From: Adineta vaga
Lineage: Eukaryota; Animalia; Rotifera
DNA length: 64,000 nucleotides
Assembly: GCA_021613535.1 (NCBI GenBank)
Contig: CP075492.1
Span: forward strand, 18,600,001 to 18,664,000
Direction: 5' to 3'
In this document: piece by piece, positions 12,983 through 26,296 of the stretch
How the letters are laid out: each line of letters begins with the position of its first letter
How positions within the stretch are numbered: the first letter of the stretch is position 1
Made by a program: the position numbers and the translations under genes
The notes under the pieces: model-generated
Database searches by the model: none
What the model was told of the DNA's origin: nothing
What the model saw: the letters and a program-made list of their open reading frames with translations, nothing else

Positions 12983-13246
12983 ATGAACACTAACAAAATC
13001 GTATGTTACGTCATTCTTTTGGTGGCACTTCTAGCATTAAGCTGCAAGGCACGACGTATGGAGGAAGAGTCTGACGACATTAGTCTTGAAACTAGCCGCC
13101 GAGACAGCCTCATTAAACTTCTAAAAGAAACCATCGAGAAGCGTGCTTGTCGTCGTCAGGGTCAGGATTGTGAGCGTGCTTTTGAGGCTGCTCCTGGTCG
13201 TGCTTGTTGTGGTGGTCTTGCTTGTCTTGGTCATCGTTGTGAATAA
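12983..13246 (+). CDS. Secreted knottin (ICK) toxin-like peptide precursor
   Basis: Signal peptide, acidic propeptide, KR, then ACRRQGQDCERAFEAAPGRACCGGLACLGHRCE (C-C-CC-C-C). TATA at 12887; 3'-UTR intron 13252-13309. Confidence 0.88.
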   Translation: MNTNKIVCYVILLVALLALSCKARRMEEESDDISLETSRRDSLIKLLKETIEKRACRRQGQDCERAFEAAPGRACCGGLACLGHRCE

Positions 13247-16200
13247 GCCAGGTATGAACTTTGAATGAATTGTTTGATTGATAACTCATGAAACTATTTT
13301 CCTTCGTAGGACATGCAGCATCAAAGCAATGGTACTTCGACAAGCCAACAGCCATCATCAACATAAGCGAACATTATAAATTAGTTAGTTTCTCTACATC
13401 ATATATTTATCTATTTGAGTTTTTTCTTTCACATATTCTTCATTTATTAGCATACTCTTTCCATAGATTCCACGATCTATCTAGGTTTTCATTTTATTGT
13501 ATTTCCATAATTTTTGATTTTAATAAATCATATGCATTAAAAAAGTACACAGCTTGAGTTCTCAGTAACAGAATATGTAATCGTAATATATATTTAACAG
13601 CCAAGGACAATGAATGCATTATTTCTTCATAGTTGTGACATGTTACAATTCTTCCTCTGAGTTATCATCAAAGAGAAACAAGGAACAAATTGAAGGAATT
13701 GCACGATATTCCCATTCAATCTCATTGATCGAAAAATGCATGTAATAAATAAATAAATAAAAAGAGCAGTTGTAATGCGAAGAATCTTCAAATATCAAAA
13801 CACATAAAATCTCAAGGCTAGAGACGTCCAAAACGGACACCTTACGACAGATATCTTTGCTCACAGCTTGTTCGTCAGGAATTTTTTCAAGATGGTTTCA
13901 TATTTGAAATGAATATGTAGACAAAGGACACTTGATTATGCATCGTCAGTCATGGTTATATCTGTTTTGATAATTGGTCTTTATGTATCCCTTTCACTAC
14001 CTTTTTGGTTAGTTTTTTTTGATATATTGATTCTCAACATAAAATGACAGCTTAAGGCTATGCTTGAATAAAGATTATTACGAAGCAATTAATGCATAAT
14101 CATGATTCTGGACATATAACCGGTTAGATTTATATTTATTTGATTAAAAAAAATGAAATGAATAGAAAGAATTTCTTTTGTACGTCACAATGCATTCTCT
14201 AATTTGTTTCAATGTAATAAAAAAAAGTATTTATGTAGTAAAATATTCATATCTTGAATATGACTATTGTAAATATCAAGTGGAAGATTTTCACAAATAA
14301 TCTCTAGTTAGAAAGCACTTTACAAGGAAGTTTGAGCATTATGCATAAATGGTTATGCTAACAACCTGCTACACTTTTAGTATGCCTTAAAATGAAGGCA
14401 ATGTTTAGGAAATTCCTTGAAAACGAACTTTCCAAATATCTTTTAAACTAAGATTCGTGGAGCGTTGACCCTTGTTGACGAAATGTTCATTGTGATAAGA
14501 TCTATCGATTGAACCTATGATATCATGCCATATATTAATTCATAAAATAAATTTCATTATAGAGTAAAAGTTGTTGTTTTCATATGCCATTGATATGCAT
14601 GCTACATTCTTGCACATCCACATGGAGCTGAAATTGTTTACATTCTTATTATTTTTCTTTAAAAAAATGGACATGAAAGGAGCTGTTTATTGCTTTTTTA
14701 TTCATATTATATCATCAGTAATCATTTGAAGATTCTTAATTTCAAACATGAATTTTACAAAATAACGAACAATCAATAGTATTACAGATGGTTTAAAATT
14801 GAATAATGTATCGTTTAAGTCAATAATGATGAGCCGAATTCATTCGATGTACAAATTAGCGGTTCATTTAAATCAGATGCTTCAGAAAGTAGCATTAAAC
14901 TTTGTAGTAGGATAATTGTTATGTTTGCGTTGTTTTATTAAGTTAATTATAGGATTAGATCAATCTGATGCTGAAAGTTGTATGACAAATAAAACTAATT
15001 CTCAAGATAGCATATTAACATTAATCGATTTCTAATTACATCAGTTTATGTCGTTGATCTAGAGGATTTAAATTTTAATTGTAAGGTGATATTGGATCAT
15101 TTAACCGCTGAACAAATTCTTGCAGCATATATTCCAACTTCTTGTTTGCCTAAAATACCCCGAAAAGGGTTGACATCCAGTAACAATTCGAATAAAAAAA
15201 TTTAGTAAATAAATAAATAAAATAAATTCTAATACTTACAAGAATATCATTGTTTGAGGGTGTGCTCATTCATTTTCTTAGCTTTTACCCGATGGAATAA
15301 AACTTTTACTTCTGAAATAATGAGTTTATTTTTCAAAAATCATTTGCACAACGAATCGAAGGACAGAAATACTCAATTGTTCAATATCTTTCTTCATATT
15401 CGAAATCTAGTATGATGGAAAATCACGTATCTACCAGCATGTAATAATTGAACGATCAGTAATTATTACCAGGGACGTGTAATTCGTTTACAAATGTCCA
15501 AACGTGCCTTTAAGATTTTTCTGATATCATACGCAAAACAATATCAAACTAATGAATAATTTTTCATTTATTACCAGAACATCATATATAGATACATATA
15601 TAGAAAAATATTCTGTTATGAAACTTTTTATTATAATAGCCAACAGCATCTTTAATCCTAGTAACAGGAACTGCTTCTTGTAGCAGTGTGATAGGACTAA
15701 CAATTTTATATGATCAAACTCATATATGAAATCTTTTCAATCTAACTTTAAAGTTGATTGAATAAAATTGTTTTTGGTCACATGAAGCTGTTATTATTTA
15801 CATAAGCTCGACATGATTAATGATATCTGAACAATTGTTTTTGGATACGAACTCTTCATTCGAAATGCAATCATCACTTTCTACATTTTCCAGTTAATTT
15901 TAATTATAGTTCAAACGGTGTATGCATACAAATAATGTCCATTAATTCAGATGACTCGTAAACTAGAATAATCGATTGACTTCTAAATCTAAACGTTATT
16001 TACTATATTTTATTATGAACCTTAATAGTGTAGATGTTGTTATAGGTTTTTAATGAAATACATTTATAACTAGCAAATATGCAGACTATTTTATATATAG
16101 AAACATGTCATGTGCAGAAGTTCGAAAGTATTTCAAGTTTATTCGTCACACAATCATAACATGCACTGACGTTTTTTCGAAACGAGTCATTTTATCTTAT

Positions 16201-16810
16201 TACCTCATGCATGACTTTTGTAGTATATCTAATAGACGATAGTTCACTAGCATAATTTAGAATGAAAGTGCATTAATGTAGTTATGATGATTTCATGCAC
16301 CCGTTTATACTAAGTTTCTTACATTCAGTGATAAAATAGCTATTCCATGGACGTCGATTTTCTTATGAAAAAATCTAATATTAAATGATATACAGTTAAT
16401 ATTTAAATTAATGTATGATCATTCTTTACCCGTTAATATTAAAGTTAACGAAAACCGTTTACGTTTATTTTAAATAAACGTAAATGTCCCACCCCTAATT
16501 CAGAGAACCGATAGCTGCCATACACCTAATCGTGATAGCTCGACTGCCCCTCTTTCGTATCTACATCAAACATGCGTCTTAAATCATTTTTTTCTTTCCT
16601 CTACACAAATACAATCTGCTTTCTTGTTCTTAGCGACAACCAACCATTCTTCGGCATACCTGACTGACTTCAGAACATCGAAAAACAGCTCAATCGGAAC
16701 GTTTCACATATTCCCTCTTTATCCATAGTATATATAACAAACAAACTCAATGAAACATCCACAGTTAATTCACATTCAATTATTCAACTGTCTTACAGCG
16801 AAACAAATCG

Positions 16811-17026
16811 ATGGACGGCAAATGGTTGGTAATGATGGTCGTTGCCACAATTCTTGTGACACAAGTAACCACTGCAAGCATCCACAGCGCGGATATGGAC
16901 GATAATGATATGCTAGAAAAACTGGGCTTTGGATTACGTGCCCCGAAATACAAACGTATCTGTTTCTGTATAGGGTGCCAAATTGCAAGTGTCGGCGTAT
17001 GTTGTCTGACAGACTGTGGAAAGTAA
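16811..17026 (+). CDS. Secreted 6-Cys peptide precursor, probably amidated
   Basis: Signal peptide, acidic propeptide, KR, then ICFCIGCQIASVGVCCLTDC-GK. TATA at 16729; 3'-UTR intron 17033-17097. Confidence 0.85.
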   Translation: MDGKWLVMMVVATILVTQVTTASIHSADMDDNDMLEKLGFGLRAPKYKRICFCIGCQIASVGVCCLTDCGK

Positions 17027-18681
17027 ACTTGGGTAAGTGTATTTTAGTTTTGAATCAAACTTTATTTATTTCATTCACTTTCTCTTTTTTCTTTCAGTGA
17101 CAACAAATGTCACAAATCAAATCAATGTCCCAGCACCCTCCAAATTCCAATCCTTCTCCAAGACATTACCACAATCTCGCTTCCCCCATCATTTTGTTAT
17201 CGCTAGCTTTTTCTGTTTAGTTAGTTTTTCTGTTATCATTAAAAGTATATATGGAACACGAAAAATATCACAAAAATATGAAAAAAAACGATTCGAAGGA
17301 TTGCTAATATCAAAAAAAGTTTTTTAACAATTAGTTTTTATATGGATACAAAATCTGATCATGCAGTATTGCCTCTACAGTACTAAGAGAATATACGGTG
17401 TTTACTGTAGGCTTTTTGTCCCATGTGCACGAAGTTCTACACTGAATATTACTGCTTGTTTTTATACAGTTATCAGGCACTTTTCTCTCAATTACTTAGT
17501 TTAGCAAGGTTTTCAAAAGTAATATTCAATAATTCAGTGATCACCTCGGACTGGGGAGGGTGAGCATGAATACCACAACACTAGGATAGTATTTCAAATA
17601 TTTCGATAAAGTATCATAAGGAATCGGTTCGACGAACTACTACCTTCAATTATCTTTGTCGATGTGAAATGCATGAAAAGAAAAACACTACAAAAGCACA
17701 TCAATGTATAGAGGATGGTAAAACTAAAATGTTGATTCGATTTTGATAGTTATTTATTGTGATATTGGTGTGAATATTTAATCAGAATAACAAAATGCGC
17801 CTATTACATTGAAAGTTATCATATATTCAATATATCACAAATGTAGTTTTTGTTCGACGGACTCAGTTTCGGAAAAATATTGTCGTACACATGTTAACTG
17901 TGAAGATAATTATCAAAGAACTACTATTGATATTCTTAGATAATCTTCAACAGATTACCAACTGTACTTTTCATTAATCGTTGAAAATCTGCAGAACATT
18001 TTAGTATACTGATGTGTAAAATTGTTTTTTTGTAGAAAATCCTTTTCTCACAGAGTCAAAATAGGATCTTTCTGAATAGTGACAAAAAGACCTTCTTCTG
18101 TTTCAGTATAACTCTGTTGTTGTTTTTGAATACAGATATTTTCATATCGACCATTTCTTTTTTACAATAATTATTCGAAATATACGTTGTCTTGTTAGAT
18201 TATCAATATATCTGATATATTTAGTACCACAATTATTCATCAAAAATCATAAAAATTATGTTAAGAAATAAAAAAATCTCAATCATTGTTTGATTTCTTT
18301 TGGTGATTTATTCTACGTTTGACATCAAAATGAGCAACATAAACAAAATTATGTTTTCATAAAAGATACATACTGCGTAAAACGAAAGAAAAGTCATCCT
18401 CAAGGTATCTCATTACAGGTAGTATCGATGATTTTGATTATGATTGATGAAAAATATATCATTCATTATAATCTGTCATTTTATTTCATTTCAAATGATA
18501 ATTACCGATCGTATACACAATATTTTGTCCTTGTGAAACAACAAAATCGATTTTCTATGGTAGAGCGATAGATCAGTCATCATTCTTTTTTTCTACGGTA
18601 CGAAAGAAAAAACATACAGTAATATGAAATCTTATAGAAAAATCAATAGAAATAAAAGTGCAAATAAATATCACAATAATA

Positions 18682-19610
18682 ACGGGTGCGGCAGAATAAA
18701 TTGCCGGCTTTTAATAGGCTGCTTTTTTTAAAGTTAGAGTGGATGAGAAAATTTTGTTCTGATGTCGAAAGATAGAGAATTTTGTGTAGATTTTATTGAT
18801 ATGTTCTTTGCAATATTAGCAATTGTCCTTCTCCTGTAGCATCAAAGGCACTGGATACCACAAAAAACATAATTTGCTCAGCATTTTACGGAAATAAAGT
18901 GTTAATTTTCTTTGTCAAATGGCTTTACATATATTATTCAAATGCAGTATTATAAAGTACAGACACGTATCTGTTTTTGAGATCCAATATAAAGTCTGCA
19001 GTAGAAATTTTGTCATCCGAAAACTCGCTTGCAAAAAATGCCTAATTTCCGTTTTTAAGACTTTTTCATGTTGGACAAAAGATCTTAAGCTCATCATAAG
19101 TTCAAAAAAGGAATTCAGTTCTTGTAGTGAAGAGCATTGTGTAGAGCGTGAAATTCTGTATCTGTTGATAAAAAAGGAACAATCTTTGTAAAACCAAGTT
19201 TTGAGAAAATTGGCAACGGAAAGCACGATTCCGTTGACCGAGGGTATTTTCTTGATTTTTTTTGTCTTTTGAAGTAGAAACGAGTAAGCTTTAAAAAATC
19301 AGAACACCACTAGATACACTGAAAAATTCTGCATCGCTTAGGAACAAGAAGAAAATTTTGAACTATAATTAACAGGGCAAAAATTGAAGTTCAAAAGTGT
19401 TTCATTTTCCAGTTGAGCAAATTATGTTTTGGTAGTATCCAGTACTTTTAATATTACAAGAGAAGAACAATTGCTAATATTGCAAAGAACATATCAATAA
19501 AATCTACACAAAATTCTCTATCTTTTGACATCAGAACAAAATTTTCCTACCTAGCCTAACTTTAAAACAGTAGCCTATCAAAAGCCGGCAATTTATTCTG
19601 CCGCACCCGT
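18682..19610. mobile_element. Non-autonomous Tc1/mariner-type element with ~200-bp TIRs and TA TSD
   Basis: TA-ACGGGTGCGGCAGAATAAATTGCCGGCTTTT... matches ...AAAAGCCGGCAATTTATTCTGCCGCACCCGT-TA; the inverted match extends ~200 bp. Confidence 0.9.
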
Positions 19611-19920
19611 TATTTGAACATGAATTCAAATTATTTAATAACACTTGTTTGTTATTTTATTATTTGCAAAGAATATTTCAGATTAAACTATGCATTAATA
19701 TACGTTTTTCTATTTCGTTTTATTTTTATTTGATTCACTTTAAAAATAGTTCATTATTTAAAGTTATATCATTCAGAACAACAACAAAAAGAAAAACGTG
19801 TAAATCTATAAGAAAACTGAGAAATAGATTGCAAAGAAAAATTTTCATTGTTGTTACTGCTGACGAAGCATCTCGATTTGATTCTATTTCTTGTCACACA
19901 ATTACAAATTAGAAGAAAAT

Positions 19921-19951
19921 AGGGTTGGGGTGGGTGTGGGTGAATAATACC
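19921..19951. repeat. Left arm of a foldback element (H5), cut off by a Penelope-like fragment
   Basis: AGGGTTGGGGTGGGTGTGGGTG-AATAATACC then unrelated sequence. Confidence 0.65.
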
Positions 19952-19952
19952 T

Positions 19953-19995
19953 GCCATGACCGGTTTCGTCCTATTTCAAGGGCTCGTCAGATGGC
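19953..19995 (-). ncRNA. Minimal type I hammerhead ribozyme, Penelope-like element type
   Basis: Minus strand: GCCAT-CTGACGA-GCCCTTGAAATAGGAC-GAAA-CCGG-TC-ATGGC. Stem I GCCAT/ATGGC, core CUGAnGA and GAAA, palindromic mini stem III (ACCGGT), GUC cleavage triplet; one mismatch in stem II. Confidence 0.8.
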
Positions 19996-20191
19996 TTAAT
20001 TGCTTAAACATGATTACAAATCTCTATCAAGAAACGTCATAAAAATTTAATCAGTTAAAGTTCAAACCAGTTTTGATTGGCTTCTAGTTGAATCCTAAGA
20101 TCAAGGTTGGTTTTAGGAGAATTGTATAATTGGTATATTTTAAGTTTTTTTTATCTGAAATGAATAAAGCGAAACATGGAATATATGTGTT

Positions 20192-20262
20192 TTGAGGGAG
20201 TGGGTGGGTGTGGATGTAGATGAAGATAAGTGTATTAGCCATACCCACACCCACACCCTCAA
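20192..20262. repeat. Telomere-like foldback element (H6), complete
   Basis: TTGAGGGAGTGGGTGGGTGTGG ... ACCCACACCCACACCCTCAA. Confidence 0.9.
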
Positions 20263-20668
20263 TATAAATAAGATAGGAACAAATGCAATAAAAATATTTG
20301 TTCTTAACAATACATTTCGTAAATTAACTCATGAGGATGTCATAGAGAAAGAACTATTGCTCCACTTTTCCTTTCTTACACATCAGATTAATTATCTCTG
20401 TTGAAGTTGTCATATTTTGTAATCGAGTTTAGTTGAAGATTCTAAATATTGGGTAGTCTAAGGGCTTTAATTAGACCATTCTGTTTATGCTCCTGAAGTT
20501 TTAAAACAATACGATAATATATGACCATTAACTTCAAAAAACGAATAGTCGATTTGTTTGAGCACTTCGAAAGTTTTGCTAGTCCTACTGGAACTTACCT
20601 ATAGCGAAAATTCTTACAAACAAAAATATATTCGAAAGCTTTTTCATCTGAGACGCAAGAGGTTTAAC

Positions 20669-23600
20669 CAAGGGGGAAAAGCGATTTATGATTTGCTTGA
20701 TTTAAATGAGTTAAGGTGATTTACATGATTTAAATGATTTAAAAATGATTTAAATGAGTTAAAGTGATTTAAAACTCATATAAATCGAGCAGCGTATGAA
20801 GACTTTACGGTGACATAAGATTACTATTTCCCTAGAAATATGCATGTATCGTATAAATGTTCGTGCTAATTTTTATCCAGTTAGTCTATCAAGTAATTAT
20901 CGAAATAAGCGATCAATCTGCACATACGAAAACATAGGGATCGAAGGATAAACAAGCCATAAATTTTAGTTTATCTAATGCATGTATTATATATATATAT
21001 ATATATAAGCTCAGGAAAACATTTAGAATGAAATGTTTTTTATTTTGAGTAGCATTTTAGCTAAGGATATATGTATTATTATCGTAAGATGAACTGCATG
21101 TTAGTTGAGTATGTTAATTAGAGAAAGAGAAAAATGAAATGGTCATTCTTTTTTATTATACACATACATTGTATATGTGTAGAAAACAAACGAAATAGAT
21201 AATTCACTTCTTTTGAACTCTAACTGATCGATCAGAAGATAAAGTAGGTTTTGTTTTGGAAAAATACCAGTTTGCAGCTTGTTTATGCATGAATTTCTTC
21301 TGACCATTTACTTCAACAGAAAAAAACGATGCATTTTGATGGCTGTTGATAGAGTCAAAGATGCGCATTCCGCGAAATATTGAATTTGAAACATTAGGAA
21401 GAACATCAGTATTTGATTCATCAATTGATATCGATTCATCGTAGTCATCAAAATTATTATTTCTACTGGACTGTTTCTGGCTCAAATATTCTTCATAATC
21501 ATCATCATCTTCTTGTTTGCTATTATTCAATTGAGAATCTTTCTGGCTAAAAGTTTTACAGTGTGATCTTGTTAACTTTTGAAATGCTAAACGATTCACT
21601 TCTTCGAAAGATATAGTTGTATCATAAGGATTGAGGATCGACAGGTTGCAACTTGAAAGAATTTGACAAGCTTGAAGATAAGCACTAAAAACTGTATCTT
21701 GAATTAATTTTTCTGTGATCGCGGTTGTCATATTCATCACAGGTACTTGATGTTTTTGTTGTGAATGTTTGTGGTGTTTAGGAAAGATAAGGTTGTTATT
21801 ATTAGAATCAGACGAAGATTTAATAGCTTGAAGAGCAGCTAGTTTCTCGACACGTTGAAGAAATTCATCAACGGAAAAGTTCACAATAGATGAGAATGGA
21901 CCAGACATTGATCGTGCCGCTCGGAACGTTTGCTCGCATATTTGTGAATTATATAACGACACATTTAGAGCTTCTTCAGTTATCATTCGCTCTGATACAA
22001 GTACTACAAGGTATGTCAAGCTATGAACATTTAGTTCAAGTGAAAAAAGAGCTGGCATGGTTATGAACAAGCTTGATTTAGAAAAAGATCCCATGGAATT
22101 GGATGGTAACAAATGTGACATTATCTCTTCTAGATCAGCATAAGTTGTAATTTCTAACCATGAAGACCAAAGACGAACTATAAAGACAGCAGTCCACGAA
22201 TAGTATAAGCGATCAATAATAGAAGTGTGTTTTTCGACGAATGCCAAACGAGCAAATCGAATAATCTATCAAATTTAAATAAAAATATTTAAGCACTCCA
22301 TAGAATTTGAGACAGAATCAAAGCTGCAGCCTTAAGATAATTTAGGACTATTCTTATAAAAAAGATTTCGTCATAGTTCTGTTTTTTATAATGAACCAAA
22401 GATTAAATCGAATTAAATTGTTTCTCGTGAGTTATATGAATACAGAAATCGATGAAATATTACTTGTAGATAGGCTTGTAATGCTTCAGAATTTGCAATT
22501 TTTTTAAGAGAAGTAAGAACAGCATCACTTGATATCTTTTCACAAGATGAATAGTTTTGTTTATCGTTTTGAAGGACATCGGATACTGTTAGAGCATGAT
22601 CGAGCTTTGAATATTTGTTAATCAATTCCATAAGATAATCAACACTTGCATATTTTTCTCCTATCAGTAGTGTAATTGCTGAATCCAAAAGACGATTGCG
22701 TAATTTGGTGCATATATGCACACCATCTTGAAAACAGACAAAAAGTTGTTGTGGTTTTAGAAAAAACCATGAACTATTCTAAATATTAGAAAAAAATATC
22801 AAAGAGTTCATAAAAATATAAAAACATGTGTTCTTAAGTCGAATTGAAAACTGGATTCGTTTTTTATTAGTTTAATTTAAAAATTTTTATTTATACGTAA
22901 CAGGGAGATAGGAACAAAATTCAGTCATGAAATACCCATTTCATTTTTAAACGATGCTATTCACTCAAACAACACCACTAGCAGAAGCTATTAACCATTC
23001 AACACCTCTAATATTTCAGACTATTCTGTATATGTTTGATCAAACACATGTGTCTGCTGTTGCGAAGTAGAAGGATTTTCATCAGTAGACAAAATTAGCA
23101 TATAAATAGAGGTGCTTTTCGTCAGATTGACAAAATAGTTCATCGCTATACTTAGTTAAGCTTATCTAATACAAGGAACCATCAAATCAGGGCCATTCAG
23201 TTAGCTTCACGTATTTTCTATTGCACGAGAATGTCTCATTAATGTTCGAAGTTTGTAAAAGTCTAAGATCTTTTTACCACTCAAATAATTACGATATTAT
23301 TTTTTTTCTTAATATTTCGAATAAAACCAGCGTATAGCTTTTAACCTAAACGTTTTAATAGTGTACTGACCTTCAAAAACGAAATTTCGAAATGCTGTGG
23401 ATGTTCTTCTAATTGCAATACTGATTTTGAAAAAAATCCCATTGCATTACGCATCGCATTTAGGCTTCTAGGATCACAATCCGTTGAAAATGCGAGTATC
23501 CTAATATTTCTCTTCAAACACGAATCAAATATGGTGAACCATCTTTTAAGAATGTCTTGAGCGGTATACTTGCTGTTTGTACCGTACGCTGATAGAATAA

Positions 23601-25375
23601 ATGGTGAGGGTGAAGTGTGAGTTGTAGGACACAACGGTTGCACGACATATACGTTGAGAAGAGATGCTTTATCCACCTGATTATACCATATTTCAAGATC
23701 AGCTAATATATCAGTAGAGAAATATCGCGTCGAAGGAAATCCATCTGTAAGTGGAAGCGTGAATCCTGTAAAGCAATTTGAATGAACATCATAATGTATT
23801 TTTTGTACTACGCCAGTACAATCTTCTCCCACGGATGCATATATGCATTTAAACGAATCCATATAATAGTTAAGACGATCATAGTAGAATTCACCTTCAA
23901 TATATTCATTTTTTGAAGATCTAATGATTGTTCGAAGGCTGGTTAAACTAGATATAGATCCTGGAATGTTGATTCGTATGAACTCCTATGCAGTTCTTCC
24001 TCCCAGAATGTAAAGACATGTCGCAAAGTCTTTCACAGATTGTTGATAACGAAAGCAGTTCTTTGAACGTGTTAAATTCGACGTCATATTTGAAACAAAG
24101 TCCAAAACAAATTTAGAGAATAAGTTTGATTCGAGACAATGTATAAGATCAATCAGAAACGGATATTGTTGAATGAGATCAGAAGATATTGTCAGGCACT
24201 TGGTAGTCGATGCAGAATTAGTAGTTGGTAGAAGAGAACGAAGTGTATGAATAAATTTGTTAAGTTTCAAACGAATTCCTGGCATAACGAAGAATGAATA
24301 ATTATCAAATTCATCTTTACATGGACAACCTAATATTTGTTTAAGCGTATCAGTTTGATCAGATTCGAAATAGAGAATGGAAAAGATATCATCGATTTCA
24401 AGTAAATCCATTGAGGTATCAATTAACTGAAATTTAAGTAATTCCACCGCCTCAACACCACAGAATTGTTTAACGATGCTGTAGAATGAATCTCCAGAAA
24501 ATAGAAGAGAATTAGTTGGAAGAGGAAAAGTCATCTGAAATTTGAATTCATCAAAGAAGATATAATAAATAACAAAAGAATCGATCAGGAACGCATGGAA
24601 TATATTTTGAGATGATCACTGCCATATATCACTTATTTGCTTATATTATAATCATTTTAATAGTTGAAAATGTTTAATAGTTGAACCGCAACAAATTAAT
24701 GTATGACGTTATAGAACTCATCATCTTCGAACTTAATCAATCGTTGCTAAATGAAAAGAATTCTTATAAATGATTTATTTCTTCAATTCCTTATTTTCTT
24801 AGACAATATTGTTTGTACGTAGAATACAATAGTTCGTATATAGGATGCAAATGAATAGAAGACGTATTGAATTAGAATAACGATGAGATGAAAATGAACA
24901 TGCGACAACGAATCGAGAAGAAGAGAAAATATTTTCTTTTTATTTCTCCGTCTTACTGATAACAACGAACCGAAAAAAAATTCTCTTGCGTTCTGTCTTA
25001 TTAGATTTCAAGTAGACAGACAAAAGGAAATTATGTATCGAGATATTATACGACTATAGAAAGCACATGTTTGTCATAAAATCAAACCGAAGAAATAGTT
25101 ATTTTCGCTCCGCAATATCACATGAGCATCCAGTAACGTGTACAAGTGTGATATGTTTTAACTGTATTAGTTGCAGTAATAACTTCATAGAGTTTTTGTA
25201 ATGATTTAAATGATTTAGAAGTGATTTAAATGATTTAATTGATTTAGAAGTGATTTAAATGATTCAATTGATTTAAAAGTGATTCAAATGATTTAAGGTG
25301 ATTTAATTGATTTAAAGTGATTTGTTTGATTTAAATTTGATTTCTAACTGATTTAAATCCGCTTTTCCCCCCTTG
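20669..25375 (-). mobile_element. P-superfamily (THAP9/Galileo-like) DNA transposon, ~4.7 kb
   Basis: TIRs CAAGGGGGAAAAGCG / CGCTTTTCCCCCCTTG; subterminal GATTTAAAT arrays at both ends (20683-20775, 25201-25358); internal transposase gene. No clear TSD. Confidence 0.8.
21204..24534 (-). pseudogene. P-element-like transposase; exons 24534-23371, 22778-22464, 22265-21204; nonsense codon at 23986-23988
   Basis: Motifs EDCTGVVQKIHYD...GFTLPL, FSTDCDPR, QDGVHICTKLRNRLL, DKQN and NSQICEQTFRAARS; in-frame GT-AG splicing; GGRTA*EFIRINIPG stop. Upstream exons may exist. Confidence 0.75.
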
Positions 25376-25843
25376 CTCTTTTAGGTACTTAACTGATATT
25401 GATTGTTTTTCTATCTCACTGTAAGAAGAGAGTATAATATTATATGGTGCCTATAGGTAGTATTAATTCAAAGATAGCTAATTGGATTCACATTTACTGC
25501 ACTTCAAACTCTTATGAATTATAGAATCGAGGGTAGACAGATACGCCGAATTTAAATCTAAAATCAGATTTTTGTTTCACGCACTGCAAGCAACGTTACT
25601 AATCGAGATTCAATTCAAAAAGTTATCCAGTAATCATCTTAATGAATATGAATGAATGATGATTATGTTTTGTCGAACGATTCGTAAGATTCTGATTGTA
25701 AGTAGTGATTGAATAATCTCATTGAGTTTTTTCTATGCCTAGAACTGATTCTAGATTTTGTATAAAAAATATCAGAATTCTTGACACAAAAACGTTGAAA
25801 TATGTAATATATAAACGATACCATACAAAAATACAATTTGATA

Positions 25844-26296
25844 CAGTAAAACCTCTACTAGTGAACACCTCTTTATTCTGAACACTTTCAGGTCCGACGA
25901 AGCTAATTTTGCTGGAAATGCACCTCTCTATCGTGAACACCTCTTTATTCTGAACATGAACACCTTTTCTCAGTCCCTTTAGCTACTATAAACTCTCTAA
26001 TGTGAACAGATATTCATTTTTCTGCTTATCTGTTACACATACATTTTGTATGTCTGACCTATTTTTTTCTGACTGTAACGTTTGTTCTGAATAAGAGGCA
26101 TCAGTCTTATTTCTCATTATTGTTCATTATCTAATCAGACGAAGTAGTCTCTTGACTTTTCTCTCATTCATCTAATTATCTCTCAGCAGAATATACACCA
26201 CCTCTATATAATGAACACCTCCCTATAATGAACACCTCCCTATAGTGAACACTTTTGAACAGCTCCAATGGTGTTCACATTAGAGAGGTTTTACTG
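25844..26296. mobile_element. pogo/Tigger-type MITE with TA TSD
   Basis: TA-CAGTAAAACCTCT...AGAGGTTTTACTG-TA; internal TGAACACCTC repeats. Confidence 0.88.

Noticed and set aside
14400-15250. Possible degraded LRR-like pseudogene on the minus strand
   Set aside because: Too many stops; no motif could be supported by eye.
16458-16498. Palindrome TTTACGTTTATTT-T-AAATAAACGTAAA followed by CCCACCCCTAA
   Set aside because: Looks like one end of a hAT-type MITE, but no partner end was found and it does not fit the foldback consensus.
18915-19226. Overlapping ORFs inside the TA-flanked element
   Set aside because: No transposase motifs; treated as spurious frames within a non-autonomous element.
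9801-23988. TAG reassigned to Tyr: in-frame TAGs at 9801 and 23986 both fall where Tyr is expected
   Set aside because: TAY to TAG is a single substitution, the ART-TPR locus has other lesions, a TAG near 30263 replaces Glu, and TAG serves as a normal stop at 44726.
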